Made by a program: the position numbers and the translations under genes. Below, piece by piece: positions 26,883 to 36,514 of a DNA stretch of 64,000 bases. The DNA lies in contig OZ244958.1 in the NCBI GenBank assembly GCA_965222575.1, positions 480,001-544,000 on the forward strand, in the 5' to 3' direction. Source of the DNA: Alphaproteobacteria bacterium (GTDB taxonomy: Bacteria > Pseudomonadota > Alphaproteobacteria > G965222575). The notes beneath the pieces were generated by a model. That model saw only the letters and a list, made by a program, of their open reading frames with translations, had not been told where the DNA came from and did no database searches. Every line of letters starts with the position of its first letter. Within the stretch, counting starts at the first letter, position 1.

Positions 26883-28426
26883 ATAGCCTCCGATTCTCAA
26901 CAGGCTCTTCTTTCGCCATCCTCTTTCTAACAGTGGCTTGCCTCTTTCTAACGCTTGCAAATGTTCCGTTCCTAGCCTCTAAAGTCCCAATCCTCAAAAA
27001 TAAAGCGTTGCGCCTAGGGCTAGACCTGCAAGGCGGAAGCTATATCGTCTTCCATGTGGATACTTCTACGGCTCTCAACGAAGTCATGGAAAGCCTGTTG
27101 AGTGATATCAGAACCATGCTCGTCTCTGGAAACCTCTCCTATCAGTCCCTTGTCCTCTCAGACCAACAAGTCGTCATTACTCAAAAACAGCACCCCCCCC
27201 AAACCATAGCCAATGCCATTAAAGCAGGACTCTCCACCGGTAGACGCTCCTTTGATATCGTCTCAACAAAAGACCGCGTGACCATTTCCATGAATGACCT
27301 CTCTTTACAGGAATTCCAAAACTCCATGGTCAAACAATCCATTGAAGTCATTAGAAATCGTATCAATGAAACCGGCGTTAATGAACCCCTCATCCAACAA
27401 GCCGGAAAACAACGTATTCTCATCCAACTGCCGGGGATTGATGACCCTGATAGAGTGAAACGTCTCATTGGAAAAACTGCTAAGATGACCTTCCACCTCG
27501 TTGTCTCCCCTAATCAGCCGGGCGGTAAAAAATTATGGGCTTGGGAAGGAACACAACAAAAACCTGTCTGGGTAAAAAGAGCACCAGAAATCACAGGCGA
27601 ACACCTCCTAGATGCCCAAGTGGCTTTCCATGACGGACAACCCGTTGTCAATTTTCGCTTCGATAACTATGGTGGGAAAAATTTCGCCCGTATCACAACG
27701 GAAAATGTCTCTAAAGCCTTTGCTATTGTCCTCGATGGAGTGGTGATTAGTGCCCCTATTATTGAAGAACCTATCCTGCAAGGACAAGGCATGATTAGCG
27801 GCAACTTTGATATCCCCCAAGCCCAAGACCTAGCTGTCCTCCTCCGCGCAGGCGCTCTCCCCGCACCCCTCAATATCCTTGAAGAACGTACCGTTGGACC
27901 CTCCCTAGGACAAGACTCTATCGCCGCCGGAAAAATTGCCTTCCTCCTCGCCTTTGTTACTGTCATTCTCTTTATGATTCTAAGCTACGGCCTCTTCGGC
28001 CTCTTCTCAACTGCCGCTCTCATCATCAATTGCTTCATGATACTAGGACTCCTCTCCGGAATCGGCGCAACCCTCACCTTGCCAGGTATTGCAGGAATCG
28101 TCCTCACCATCGGTATGGCCGTGGATGCCAATGTGCTCATCTTTGAACGATTACGAATAGAAATAAAAAATACAACGCAATCCTTCGAAAAAGCCCTCTT
28201 CAATGCCTATAAACGCGCTACACGTACCATCCTAGACGCCAATATCACTACCGCTATCGCAGCCCTCGCCCTCTACTTCCTCGGCTCAGGTCCCATCAAA
28301 GGCTTTGGCGTCACCCTGGGCATCGGTATCTTCACTAGCGTTTTTTCCGCTGTCTTCTTCTCACGATTGCTCATGAGCTTAGCCTTTCACAAGAGAACCT
28401 CTCCTCCAAAATGGGGCTTGACCTAA
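26879..28426 (+). CDS. secD: Protein translocase subunit SecD
   Basis: LGLDLQGG, RAGALPAPL, LTLPGIAGIVLTIGMAVDANVLIFER. Confidence 0.96.
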   Translation: MNSLRFSTGSSFAILFLTVACLFLTLANVPFLASKVPILKNKALRLGLDLQGGSYIVFHVDTSTALNEVMESLLSDIRTMLVSGNLSYQSLVLSDQQVVITQKQHPPQTIANAIKAGLSTGRRSFDIVSTKDRVTISMNDLSLQEFQNSMVKQSIEVIRNRINETGVNEPLIQQAGKQRILIQLPGIDDPDRVKRLIGKTAKMTFHLVVSPNQPGGKKLWAWEGTQQKPVWVKRAPEITGEHLLDAQVAFHDGQPVVNFRFDNYGGKNFARITTENVSKAFAIVLDGVVISAPIIEEPILQGQGMISGNFDIPQAQDLAVLLRAGALPAPLNILEERTVGPSLGQDSIAAGKIAFLLAFVTVILFMILSYGLFGLFSTAALIINCFMILGLLSGIGATLTLPGIAGIVLTIGMAVDANVLIFERLRIEIKNTTQSFEKALFNAYKRATRTILDANITTAIAALALYFLGSGPIKGFGVTLGIGIFTSVFSAVFFSRLLMSLAFHKRTSPPKWGLT

Positions 28427-29368
28427 ATGACACGACTTTTTAACCTCGCTACCCGACTCTTTGTCGCTACCAATTTCTCTAAAAACTACAAACTCTTCTT
28501 TATCGCTTCCTCCCTCTTCGTCGGAATCAGTCTCCTTCTCATCACCTTTAGCGGCCTCAATAGAGGCGTTGACTTTCGCGGCGGTACCCTCATGGAAGTC
28601 CGATTCTCTCAACCCCTAACCCCAGACGATGTCTCCTCCCTCAGAACACTCCTCAACCCTACCGCTCCTCATAGCACCCTTCAACAATTCGGTACCCCAG
28701 ATACCATCTTAATGACTTTCTCTATTTCAGAAAACCTCCAACAAACACTCCAAGATATCAAAGTCGCTCTTGCCTCTTTCGACTCCAACATCGATATTCG
28801 ACGCGTCGAAACCGTCGGCCCGCAAATCAGTCGCGAACTCATCCTAAAAGCACTCCTCGCCCTCTCCGTCACTGTGGCTGGTATCTTTTTATACATATGG
28901 ATCCGATTCGAATGGCAGTTCAGCCTCGGGGCTGTCCTCGCTTTAATCCACGATGTCCTCCTAACTATGGGACTCTTCGCTCTTTTCAAAATGGAATTTA
29001 ATGTCTCTTCTGTTGCCGCTCTCCTCACTATCTTAGGCTATTCCATTAATGATACCGTCGTCCTATACGACTGTATCCGCGAAAATGTTTACGGCAAAGA
29101 AGACTATAACCTGCAGACCGTTATCCAAAATTCTGTCCTGCAAACACTCCCTAGAACCCTCATGACCTCTCTCACAACCCTTTTAGCACTCCTGATGCTT
29201 CTCTTCTTCGGTGGACAAATCCTCAAAGGGTTTGCTATCGCTCTCATCTTTGGCGTCATCGTCGGGACTTATTCCTCTATCTTCATCGCCTCAGCTTTGC
29301 TCTTTGTGTTCAAGCTACCCCCTATCGGTATGAAAAAAGAGGATAAGGATGTTGCCCTAACCTCCTAA
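28427..29368 (+). CDS. secF: Protein translocase subunit SecF
   Basis: GVDFRGGT, GYSINDTVV, GTYSSIFIA. Confidence 0.96.
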   Translation: MTRLFNLATRLFVATNFSKNYKLFFIASSLFVGISLLLITFSGLNRGVDFRGGTLMEVRFSQPLTPDDVSSLRTLLNPTAPHSTLQQFGTPDTILMTFSISENLQQTLQDIKVALASFDSNIDIRRVETVGPQISRELILKALLALSVTVAGIFLYIWIRFEWQFSLGAVLALIHDVLLTMGLFALFKMEFNVSSVAALLTILGYSINDTVVLYDCIRENVYGKEDYNLQTVIQNSVLQTLPRTLMTSLTTLLALLMLLFFGGQILKGFAIALIFGVIVGTYSSIFIASALLFVFKLPPIGMKKEDKDVALTS

Positions 29369-29376
29369 CAACAATA

Positions 29377-29553
29377 AGGGCAAAGAAAGGGGGGGCGGAG
29401 AGTAGAAAGCGGCTGGCGTAGGGGAGATGTGTGTGAAGTGTGCGTTTCTTGTTAGGGAAAAGAGGGCAAAGAAAGGGGGGGCGGAGAGTAGAAAGCGGCT
29501 GACGTGCGGGAGATGTAATAGGGGGGAGCGGCGTTTCTTGTTAGGGAAAAGAG
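29377..29553. repeat. G-rich direct repeat, two copies of about 86-90 bp
   Basis: AGGGCAAAGAAAGGGGGGGCGGAGAGTAGAAAGCGGCTG at 29377 and 29463; each unit ends GCGTTTCTTGTTAGGGAAAAGAG. Confidence 0.9.
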
Positions 29554-29566
29554 AGGAAAGGGGACA

Positions 29567-30166
29567 ATGGGACAGACAGAGCGGGGGGAAAAGCTTGAAA
29601 ATAGGAGTGAACGCGTAAGACGCGAGTTCTTTTTGGGGCTTGATACTGTTACACTTGCCCGAAAACTCATTGGAATGCTTTTTGTCCATGAATATTGTCA
29701 TCAGACGCTTGCTGGTATTATCTCTGAAACTGAAGCTTATACCCAAGAAGACCGAGCCTCTCATTCCTTCAACGGGCCTACTAACAGAAATCAAGCTATG
29801 TTTGGACGCCCGGGAACCCTTTATGTTTATCTTATTTATGGCGTGCATTATTGTGCTAATGTTGTAGCGGAAGAACAGGGACGGGGTTGTGCTGTTTTAC
29901 TGCGCACACTACTCCCCTTCAAGGGCCTCCATCATATGGCTCAGAATCGACAAAAATCGCCAACTCACCCAACCCTTACCTGTGGACCCGCTAACCTCAC
30001 AAAAGCTCTTGGTATCACCCTCAAACACAACAAAACAGACCTTTGCCTTGAACAAACCCCTCTCTTCCTCACTCCATCAACGCCCCCACTTTCTATTACG
30101 GCTACACCACGTATTGGAATCTCAAAAAATCAACAAAAACTCTGGCGATTCATAGGACAATTCTAA
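29567..30166 (+). CDS. DNA-3-methyladenine glycosylase (MPG/Aag family)
   Basis: ISETEAY, DRASHSF, YVYLIYGVHYCAN, CGPANL, TPRIGIS. Confidence 0.92.
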   Translation: MGQTERGEKLENRSERVRREFFLGLDTVTLARKLIGMLFVHEYCHQTLAGIISETEAYTQEDRASHSFNGPTNRNQAMFGRPGTLYVYLIYGVHYCANVVAEEQGRGCAVLLRTLLPFKGLHHMAQNRQKSPTHPTLTCGPANLTKALGITLKHNKTDLCLEQTPLFLTPSTPPLSITATPRIGISKNQQKLWRFIGQF

Positions 30167-33100
30167 GACCCCGCACTTAAAAGCTTCATATCCCCTCCAG
30201 AAGCCGTTGTGTCTATTGACACTGTCTTCTCCGTCGTAAAAGAATGCAGATAACGCGGACCGCCAGCCTTAGGGCCTGTCCCTGATAATCCACAACCTCC
30301 AAAGGGGTGAATGCCAACTTGTGCCCCTATTTGATTCCTATTGACATAAATATTGCCAGCTCTCATCTTCTTGCTCACCTTCTCTATCCTGTCATCACAG
30401 CGACTATGAAAACCGAATGTTAAACCGTAACCAGTCCCATTAATCTCTTCTAAAACCTCATCAAGCTCCTGCTTCTTGTACCGACTAATGTGCAAAATAG
30501 GACCGAAAACCTCCTTCTCAGGGAGCCTAATGTCCGGCAAAAGCCATGCCTGTGGAGGGACAAAATACCCCCTAGAAGACGGCACCTGCCCACACGCTAC
30601 TCGCTTACAACCCCTAGAGGGCAACCCCTCTACCCATTCTTCTATCTCACGCTGCGCCTCCCCTGATATCACAGGACCAATATCCGTGGACCTATCCCAC
30701 GATATCCCCACTTTCAATTCCTCTAAAGCCCCTCCTATCATCTCTATTTGCTTCTCCGCAATTTCCTCCTGTAAATATAACACACGCAACGCCGAACACC
30801 GCTGTCCCGCACTCCGAAACGCCCCGCTTAACACATCGCGCGTCACCTGCTCCGTCAACGCCGACGAATCCACCACCATGGCGTTAATCCCTCCAGTTTC
30901 CGCTATCAGTGTGGCAATAGACCCCTCCCTTTGCGATAACCGACGATTAATCTTTCGCGCCGTCTCCGTACTCCCAGTGAACGCAACCCCGCTTAACCGA
31001 TTGTCTAATAATATCTCCGAACACACCTCTTCTCCTTCCCCCGGCAACACATGTAAAACACCGCGCGGTACCCCCGCCTCATAAAGTATCTTTACCGCCT
31101 CAAACGCTATCAACGGCGTTAACTCAGAAGGCTTCGCTAGTACGCTGTTCCCAACAGATAACGCAGCGCAAACCTGTCCTAAAAAAATGGCAAAGGGAAA
31201 ATTCCACGGCGATATACACAAAAATACCCCCTTCCCCTCAACATAATACCTGTTCTCTTCCCCTGTTGCCCCTACTAATAACTGCTCCTGTAAAACCTTC
31301 TCCGATTCTACCGCATAATATCTCAAAAAATCTATCCCCTCCCGTACCTCCGATATACACTCTTCTAAACAACGACCCCCCTCAACACTGATTAAGGACA
31401 CCAACTCCGGGGACTTCTCCTCCATCCTTAAAGCCGCATCTTCTAAAATCTTGCGCCGCTCCCCTTTGCTTCTCCTCCTCCATCCCTCTTGTGCCAAACT
31501 CGCCTCCCCTAAAGCCACCACCGCCTCTTCTCTACCGCAAGACTCTACAGCACCAACAAGTAAAGACCTATCATTAGGACTCCTAACTTCAAGCTTCCCT
31601 GAATCACTTGTCTCCTTCTTGCGCAATGACTTCAATAACTTTGATACCGACTGCTCCAAAACCAATAAATCTTTTTCATTACGCATATTCATCCCTCTGC
31701 TATTACGCCGCCCCCTCAATATCTCCCCAGGCTTCCTCACGCAACTCTTCCCCTTCTGATGTAACGGATCCTGCATCACTTCCTCTACCTTTTTTGTTTT
31801 ATCTGATAATTGTTGCACAAAAGAACTATTCGCTCCATTTTCTAATAAACGACGCACTAAATACGCTAATAAATCATCCTGCCCCCCAACAGGTGCGTAA
31901 ATACGAGGGGGATTAATTGCAAATTTTTCCTGCAAAACCTTATACATACAAGCCCCCATGCCGTGAAGACGTTGAAACTCCCAACCCTTGTAATCGCCTC
32001 CACTCATCTGTAACACACTACAAGCAGTATGCAAATTGTGCGTCGCAAAACAGGGATACAATCGATCCCTTAACCGTAACAACTCCTGACTACACACAAG
32101 ATAACTGATATCCGTATAGCACTTACGCGTAAACACCGCATAATCCCTTAATCCTAATTCCTGATAATGCTTAATCTCTGTGTCCCAATAAGCCCCTTTT
32201 ACCAAACGCGGCATCAATCGACGCTTGGTTTGTTGCGCTATTTCCTCTAAATACCGCACAACCGCTAACCCACGACGCTGATACGATTGTAGCGCTACCC
32301 CAAACCCTTCCCAATCCTTCAGTTTCTTATCCTTACACACCTCAGAAAATACCCCTAAAGTAAGATGAAGCCTGTCCGATTCCTCCGCATCTATGCATAA
32401 AGGGACATTGTAAACACTTGCTAAACGCGCAAGCTCTAGTACCCGCGGCACCAATTCCTCATACACACGCTCCCTTTGTAACACATCAAAACGAGGATGA
32501 ATCGCTGACAATTTAATCGATAACCCATGATTCCTTTCACTTCCCTCCCTCCCAATAGCCTCAAGTGCTTCCATGTACCGCGAAAAATACTTCTCCCCAT
32601 CCTTCCTAGTCCATGCTCCCTCCCCTAACATATCAAATGAACACACACAACCACTAGACTTCTTAAGACCTTGCTCTATTTCCTGCCCATAGATAAACTT
32701 CTTCCCCATCAACGACACAATATGATTCATCACCCGCCTGATGATAGGACGGCTAAGACGATATAATAAAGAACGAAATAGCCCCTTCTTCCCTCTAAAC
32801 CCTAGCACCCCTTTTGAACATAAAAGCCCCACTGTAGAGATGTCTAACCAAACATTCCCTCTCCATAAGTGTGATGTCCAATCTCCCCGCGCTAACTTAC
32901 CGGCTATAAAGCTATGGGATGTTCTCTTATCTGGTATCCTAAGCAGTCCTTCCGCTAAACACATCAGTAGTACCCCCTCTTCAGAGTTTAAGTTATACTC
33001 CCTCATCACCGCCTGTATCACCCCCCCTCTCTCTTCCAGTACCCTCACTTTCTTCCCTAAAGCTGTAGACTGCTCCACTATGCCCCCTCTCTCTTTCGCA

Positions 33101-33228
33101 CTGAGTGACAATAGGGATACCAACTCTCTGATGAGCTCTTCCTCTTCCCTATCCCAACTAGCCCCTAAGGCTTGCGTCGGGGCATACACAGAGGTCTCTT
33201 TGTAACTTGGCACAACCCTTTGACTCAT
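30163..33228 (-). CDS. putA: Bifunctional proline dehydrogenase / P5C dehydrogenase
   Basis: SFDMLGE, RLVKGAYWD, ATHN, VRRLLENGANSSF, ISPWNFP, AETGG, SAGQRCSALR. Confidence 0.97.
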   Translation of the reverse strand: MSQRVVPSYKETSVYAPTQALGASWDREEEELIRELVSLLSLSAKERGGIVEQSTALGKKVRVLEERGGVIQAVMREYNLNSEEGVLLMCLAEGLLRIPDKRTSHSFIAGKLARGDWTSHLWRGNVWLDISTVGLLCSKGVLGFRGKKGLFRSLLYRLSRPIIRRVMNHIVSLMGKKFIYGQEIEQGLKKSSGCVCSFDMLGEGAWTRKDGEKYFSRYMEALEAIGREGSERNHGLSIKLSAIHPRFDVLQRERVYEELVPRVLELARLASVYNVPLCIDAEESDRLHLTLGVFSEVCKDKKLKDWEGFGVALQSYQRRGLAVVRYLEEIAQQTKRRLMPRLVKGAYWDTEIKHYQELGLRDYAVFTRKCYTDISYLVCSQELLRLRDRLYPCFATHNLHTACSVLQMSGGDYKGWEFQRLHGMGACMYKVLQEKFAINPPRIYAPVGGQDDLLAYLVRRLLENGANSSFVQQLSDKTKKVEEVMQDPLHQKGKSCVRKPGEILRGRRNSRGMNMRNEKDLLVLEQSVSKLLKSLRKKETSDSGKLEVRSPNDRSLLVGAVESCGREEAVVALGEASLAQEGWRRRSKGERRKILEDAALRMEEKSPELVSLISVEGGRCLEECISEVREGIDFLRYYAVESEKVLQEQLLVGATGEENRYYVEGKGVFLCISPWNFPFAIFLGQVCAALSVGNSVLAKPSELTPLIAFEAVKILYEAGVPRGVLHVLPGEGEEVCSEILLDNRLSGVAFTGSTETARKINRRLSQREGSIATLIAETGGINAMVVDSSALTEQVTRDVLSGAFRSAGQRCSALRVLYLQEEIAEKQIEMIGGALEELKVGISWDRSTDIGPVISGEAQREIEEWVEGLPSRGCKRVACGQVPSSRGYFVPPQAWLLPDIRLPEKEVFGPILHISRYKKQELDEVLEEINGTGYGLTFGFHSRCDDRIEKVSKKMRAGNIYVNRNQIGAQVGIHPFGGCGLSGTGPKAGGPRYLHSFTTEKTVSIDTTASGGDMKLLSAGS

Positions 33229-33306
33229 TCTTTCATTGTAATCTCATTGTGACTTCTTTCACAGAAAGTATTATTATCTTCTCATCATAGTCACCGTTCC
33301 CTCACC

Positions 33307-35331
33307 ATGAAACAGAAATTTACTCTTTGGTCTATGCGTATTCCACTTGTTGCTACGCTCTGTTTCACAGCCCTTTTCTTCGTTGGCGCCTATTTCTCTT
33401 ATGACCCTTTTGTTGGGCCTTTTGTCTACAATGAGAGGCCTGCTCCTGATTTTTTTTCGCGTGTTTTACTCCTTTGGAAATGGGGTGCTGCTAGTTGTTA
33501 TCAAGGAATTGGTCTCACCTCTTTATTTCTAGCAGCAACTCTTGCTCTTTTAGGCATAAGAATAGGCCTTAAAGGAGAGGCACCTCCTCTGAAAGTGACA
33601 GTGCCTTTCTTGGTACTCTTTGTGTTCACCACGGCGTTAGCACTTGAAATCGTATATCCAAAACAAAATGTCTCAGGACTCTTAGGCCTCCTCTCTTTTC
33701 ACCTCTTATACACGCTCATTCCTGTGGGAGAAAATAGCCAAACAGGCACTGTTGCGCTCTTTTTTTCCCTCACGATTTCTTGCCTTATCTTTTTGTACTT
33801 TGGGGGGAAAAATATTTGGAAACAGCTTCTTGCAACCCTTTTCTCTCACTTCTCCTTTCAAAATCCTCTAAAATCTCAACGCCTTCGGCCCGCCTCTCGT
33901 AAAAAAATCCCCCTCACCCCGCCTCTTTCTCTCCTGAAAAAACCACAGCCTCAAAACACAGAGGCACACCAAACGGAAGTTAGGAATCGTATCCAACCTC
34001 TGAAAAAAGCCCTCAGTGATTTTGGCATCAAAGGGGAGATTATTGATTTCTCCATCGGGCCTGTGGTAGCAGTTTACAACTTCTTCCCAGCCCCGGGTAT
34101 CAAGGCTTCACGCATTATCTCCCTAGCAGACGATATCGCCCGCTCCATCGGCGCTCTCTCTTGCCGTATCGCCCCTATTCCGGGCAAGCAGTCTTTAGGC
34201 ATCGAAGTCCCACTGCAAAAACGACAACCCGTCCTCATCCGATCCCTCATCCAAGACCCAGCCTTCACAAAAGTGCACCATGATACCCTTACCCTTGCTA
34301 TGGGACAAACCATAGATGGGAAACCCTTCTATGATAATTTAGAAGATATGCCTCATCTTCTCATTGCCGGTACTACAGGTGCCGGAAAATCCGTTGGCTT
34401 GAATGCAATGCTGATTTCTATCCTCTATAACAGAACCCCACAGCAGTGCCGTTTTGTCATGATTGACCCCAAAATTTTAGAACTCTCCCTCTATAATGAT
34501 ATTCCACACCTCCTCACCCCCGTCGTTACAGACCCCAAACACGCATTAAGCGCTCTTAAATGGCTCGTCAATGAAATGGACCAACGATACCAGAAAATCG
34601 CAGACCTCGGCGTGCGCGACATCTCAGGATATAATCAAAAAGTCTCACACGCTACTAAAACAGGCAAAATGAGTACCCTCTCCTCTTTTCAGCGTACCCC
34701 GCTAACCCCTCTCCCGAGAATCGTCCTCGTCATTGACGAATTTGCAGACCTCATGATTATCGCACGCAAAGACGTTGAAGATTGTATCCAACGACTCGCT
34801 CAAAAAGCCCGCGCCTGCGGTATGCATATGATACTAGCTACCCAGAGACCTTCCGTAGATGTTATCACAGGAACTATCAAAGCTAACCTCCCAACCCGTA
34901 TGACCTTCAAAGTCGCCTCCAAAACAGATAGTCGCGTTGTCATGGGACAGAGCGGTGCGGAACAACTCTTAGGACACGGCGATATGCTGTATATCCCAAG
35001 TGCTTCAGAAATTATCCGTCTCCACGGCGCTTATGTTTCTGATACAGAAGTGACCGCTGTGGCAAAATTTTGTAAAGCTCAACAAAAACCAGATTATATC
35101 ACTATCCCCTCAACACCCTCTCAATACCCTTCCGCACTGCCGCAAGAAGAAGACCCCCTCTATCAACAAGCTGTGGATTGTATCTTGCAACAAAAACGAT
35201 GCTCTACTTCCCTCCTGCAAAGACGATTTAATATCGGGTACAACAGAGCCGCTAGAATGGTCGACACCATGGAAAAAAATCAGGTTGTCTCTTCTCCTGA
35301 CCACACAGGAAAACGCTCCATTCTCCTATGA
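33307..35331 (+). CDS. ftsK: DNA translocase FtsK
   Basis: N-terminal TMs, PHLLIAGTTGAGKS, ATQRPSVDVITG, gamma domain IGYNRAAR. Confidence 0.96.
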   Translation: MKQKFTLWSMRIPLVATLCFTALFFVGAYFSYDPFVGPFVYNERPAPDFFSRVLLLWKWGAASCYQGIGLTSLFLAATLALLGIRIGLKGEAPPLKVTVPFLVLFVFTTALALEIVYPKQNVSGLLGLLSFHLLYTLIPVGENSQTGTVALFFSLTISCLIFLYFGGKNIWKQLLATLFSHFSFQNPLKSQRLRPASRKKIPLTPPLSLLKKPQPQNTEAHQTEVRNRIQPLKKALSDFGIKGEIIDFSIGPVVAVYNFFPAPGIKASRIISLADDIARSIGALSCRIAPIPGKQSLGIEVPLQKRQPVLIRSLIQDPAFTKVHHDTLTLAMGQTIDGKPFYDNLEDMPHLLIAGTTGAGKSVGLNAMLISILYNRTPQQCRFVMIDPKILELSLYNDIPHLLTPVVTDPKHALSALKWLVNEMDQRYQKIADLGVRDISGYNQKVSHATKTGKMSTLSSFQRTPLTPLPRIVLVIDEFADLMIIARKDVEDCIQRLAQKARACGMHMILATQRPSVDVITGTIKANLPTRMTFKVASKTDSRVVMGQSGAEQLLGHGDMLYIPSASEIIRLHGAYVSDTEVTAVAKFCKAQQKPDYITIPSTPSQYPSALPQEEDPLYQQAVDCILQQKRCSTSLLQRRFNIGYNRAARMVDTMEKNQVVSSPDHTGKRSILL

Positions 35332-35918
35332 AACTCCTGCCGCTCTTGACCCTCTTTCTTGTTTGCTCCGCCACCGCCCAAACACAACCCCAAAAACAAA
35401 CAGAACAACAGGTACTCTCCCTCTTACAAGACCTCCTCCAAAATGACGAAAAAGCCCTCTTCTCTCCCTTTACGCAACAGGACCAAAAAGGAACCTCCAC
35501 CGGTACCCTAATCCTCTCAAGTCAAGGACGATTTCGCTTTTCATACCACCATCCTACCCCTATGACTATCATCTCAGATGGAATCTGGATAGCCATAGAA
35601 GAAGACGGCTTCCTGCAACGCTATCCCCTCTCCTCTTCGCCTCTCTCCGTCCTCAAACGCAAAGATATCAAGCCCTTTATCAAACAATTCTCTTTTCATG
35701 AACGCCTCGTTACCATTCTCCTCGCCCACCCCAAAGACCCACAAGCCCCTTCCGTCACCCTCAATATCGAAACTTCCCCCCTTACACTCCTCTCATGGAC
35801 CATCAATACCCCACACCCCATCATTGTCTTACTGACAAACCCCACAATCTCTGATGCCAAAACCCTCCCTATCTCTACTTTTTTCATTGACTACGATAAG
35901 TATTTCCACGAAGAGTAA
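35328..35918 (+). CDS. lolA: Outer-membrane lipoprotein carrier LolA-like protein
   Basis: Signal peptide; FTQ..., GRFRFSY, IISDG; follows ftsK. Confidence 0.75.
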   Translation: MKLLPLLTLFLVCSATAQTQPQKQTEQQVLSLLQDLLQNDEKALFSPFTQQDQKGTSTGTLILSSQGRFRFSYHHPTPMTIISDGIWIAIEEDGFLQRYPLSSSPLSVLKRKDIKPFIKQFSFHERLVTILLAHPKDPQAPSVTLNIETSPLTLLSWTINTPHPIIVLLTNPTISDAKTLPISTFFIDYDKYFHEE

Positions 35919-35951
35919 CAATACCCAAAGAGAAAAAGTATTTTTTTAACC

Positions 35952-35980
35952 TTGTCTCTTTCCAAACTTTATGCTATAGT
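35952..35980 (+). promoter_or_regulatory. sigma70-type promoter with extended -10
   Basis: TTGTCT-N17-TATAGT with TG at 35972-35973. Confidence 0.6.
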
Positions 35981-35992
35981 CAGCTTCATATC

Positions 35993-36103
35993 GTGGGTAA
36001 GCGTGTGCTCAATATTAAGGGACGATTCTTGGTTTTCTCTTTCTCTTTTTCCGATCTCTTCTCTTTGAAAAGCATTGTGCACACCGGAAGCTTAAACCTG
36101 TAA
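35993..36103 (+). CDS. Candidate 36-aa small ORF (or sRNA) in a short standalone transcript
   Basis: GTG...TAA gives MGKRVLNIKGRFLVFSFSFSDLFSLKSIVHTGSLNL, lying between a promoter and a hairpin. Confidence 0.4.
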   Translation: MGKRVLNIKGRFLVFSFSFSDLFSLKSIVHTGSLNL

Positions 36104-36149
36104 GAGCGCCCTAGAGAGTTCTCTAAGGCGCTCTAATGTGGGGTTTTTT
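36103..36149 (+). terminator. Hairpin, probable terminator
   Basis: AGAGCGCC-CTAGAGA..TCTCTAA-GGCGCTCT stem (36103-36134); a T-run follows about 10 nt later. Confidence 0.55.
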
Positions 36150-36298
36150 ATTGCAACAAAATGACCCCCTTATGGTTTTACCTTATCCTCCCCCCCCCGG
36201 AGAGAGGGATTCAACCCCCTTAGTTTTTGCTCAGTGTGGAGGAGAGACGGATGAAAATGACCAAAAGAGACGCAATTGATGTCCAGAATTGAGGAGCC

Positions 36299-36386
36299 CG
36301 GAGAGAGAGGGATTCGAACCCTCGAAGGGCTTATCACCCTTACTCCCTTAGCAGGGGAGCGCTTTCAGCCACTCAGCCACCTCTCC
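36299..36386 (-). tRNA. tRNA-Ser(GCT), long variable arm, no encoded CCA
   Basis: GGAGAGGTGGCTGAGTGG...CTCCC CT GCT AA GGGAG...GGTTCGAATCC CTCTCTCTCCG. Confidence 0.95.
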
Positions 36387-36514
36387 TTAAGACCAATTTT
36401 CCCTGAAAGTCTGCCTTACGGATTTCTTCCTTTAGGCAAAAATCTTAACGTAATCTCTTCACAACTGCAATTCATTCCTGTAAAATAGAGCTTTCTTGTA
36501 TTTCATCTCTTACG

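Noticed and set aside
29357-29848. 163-aa and 72-aa minus-strand ORFs
   Set aside because: Antisense to mpg and running through the repeat; shadow ORFs.
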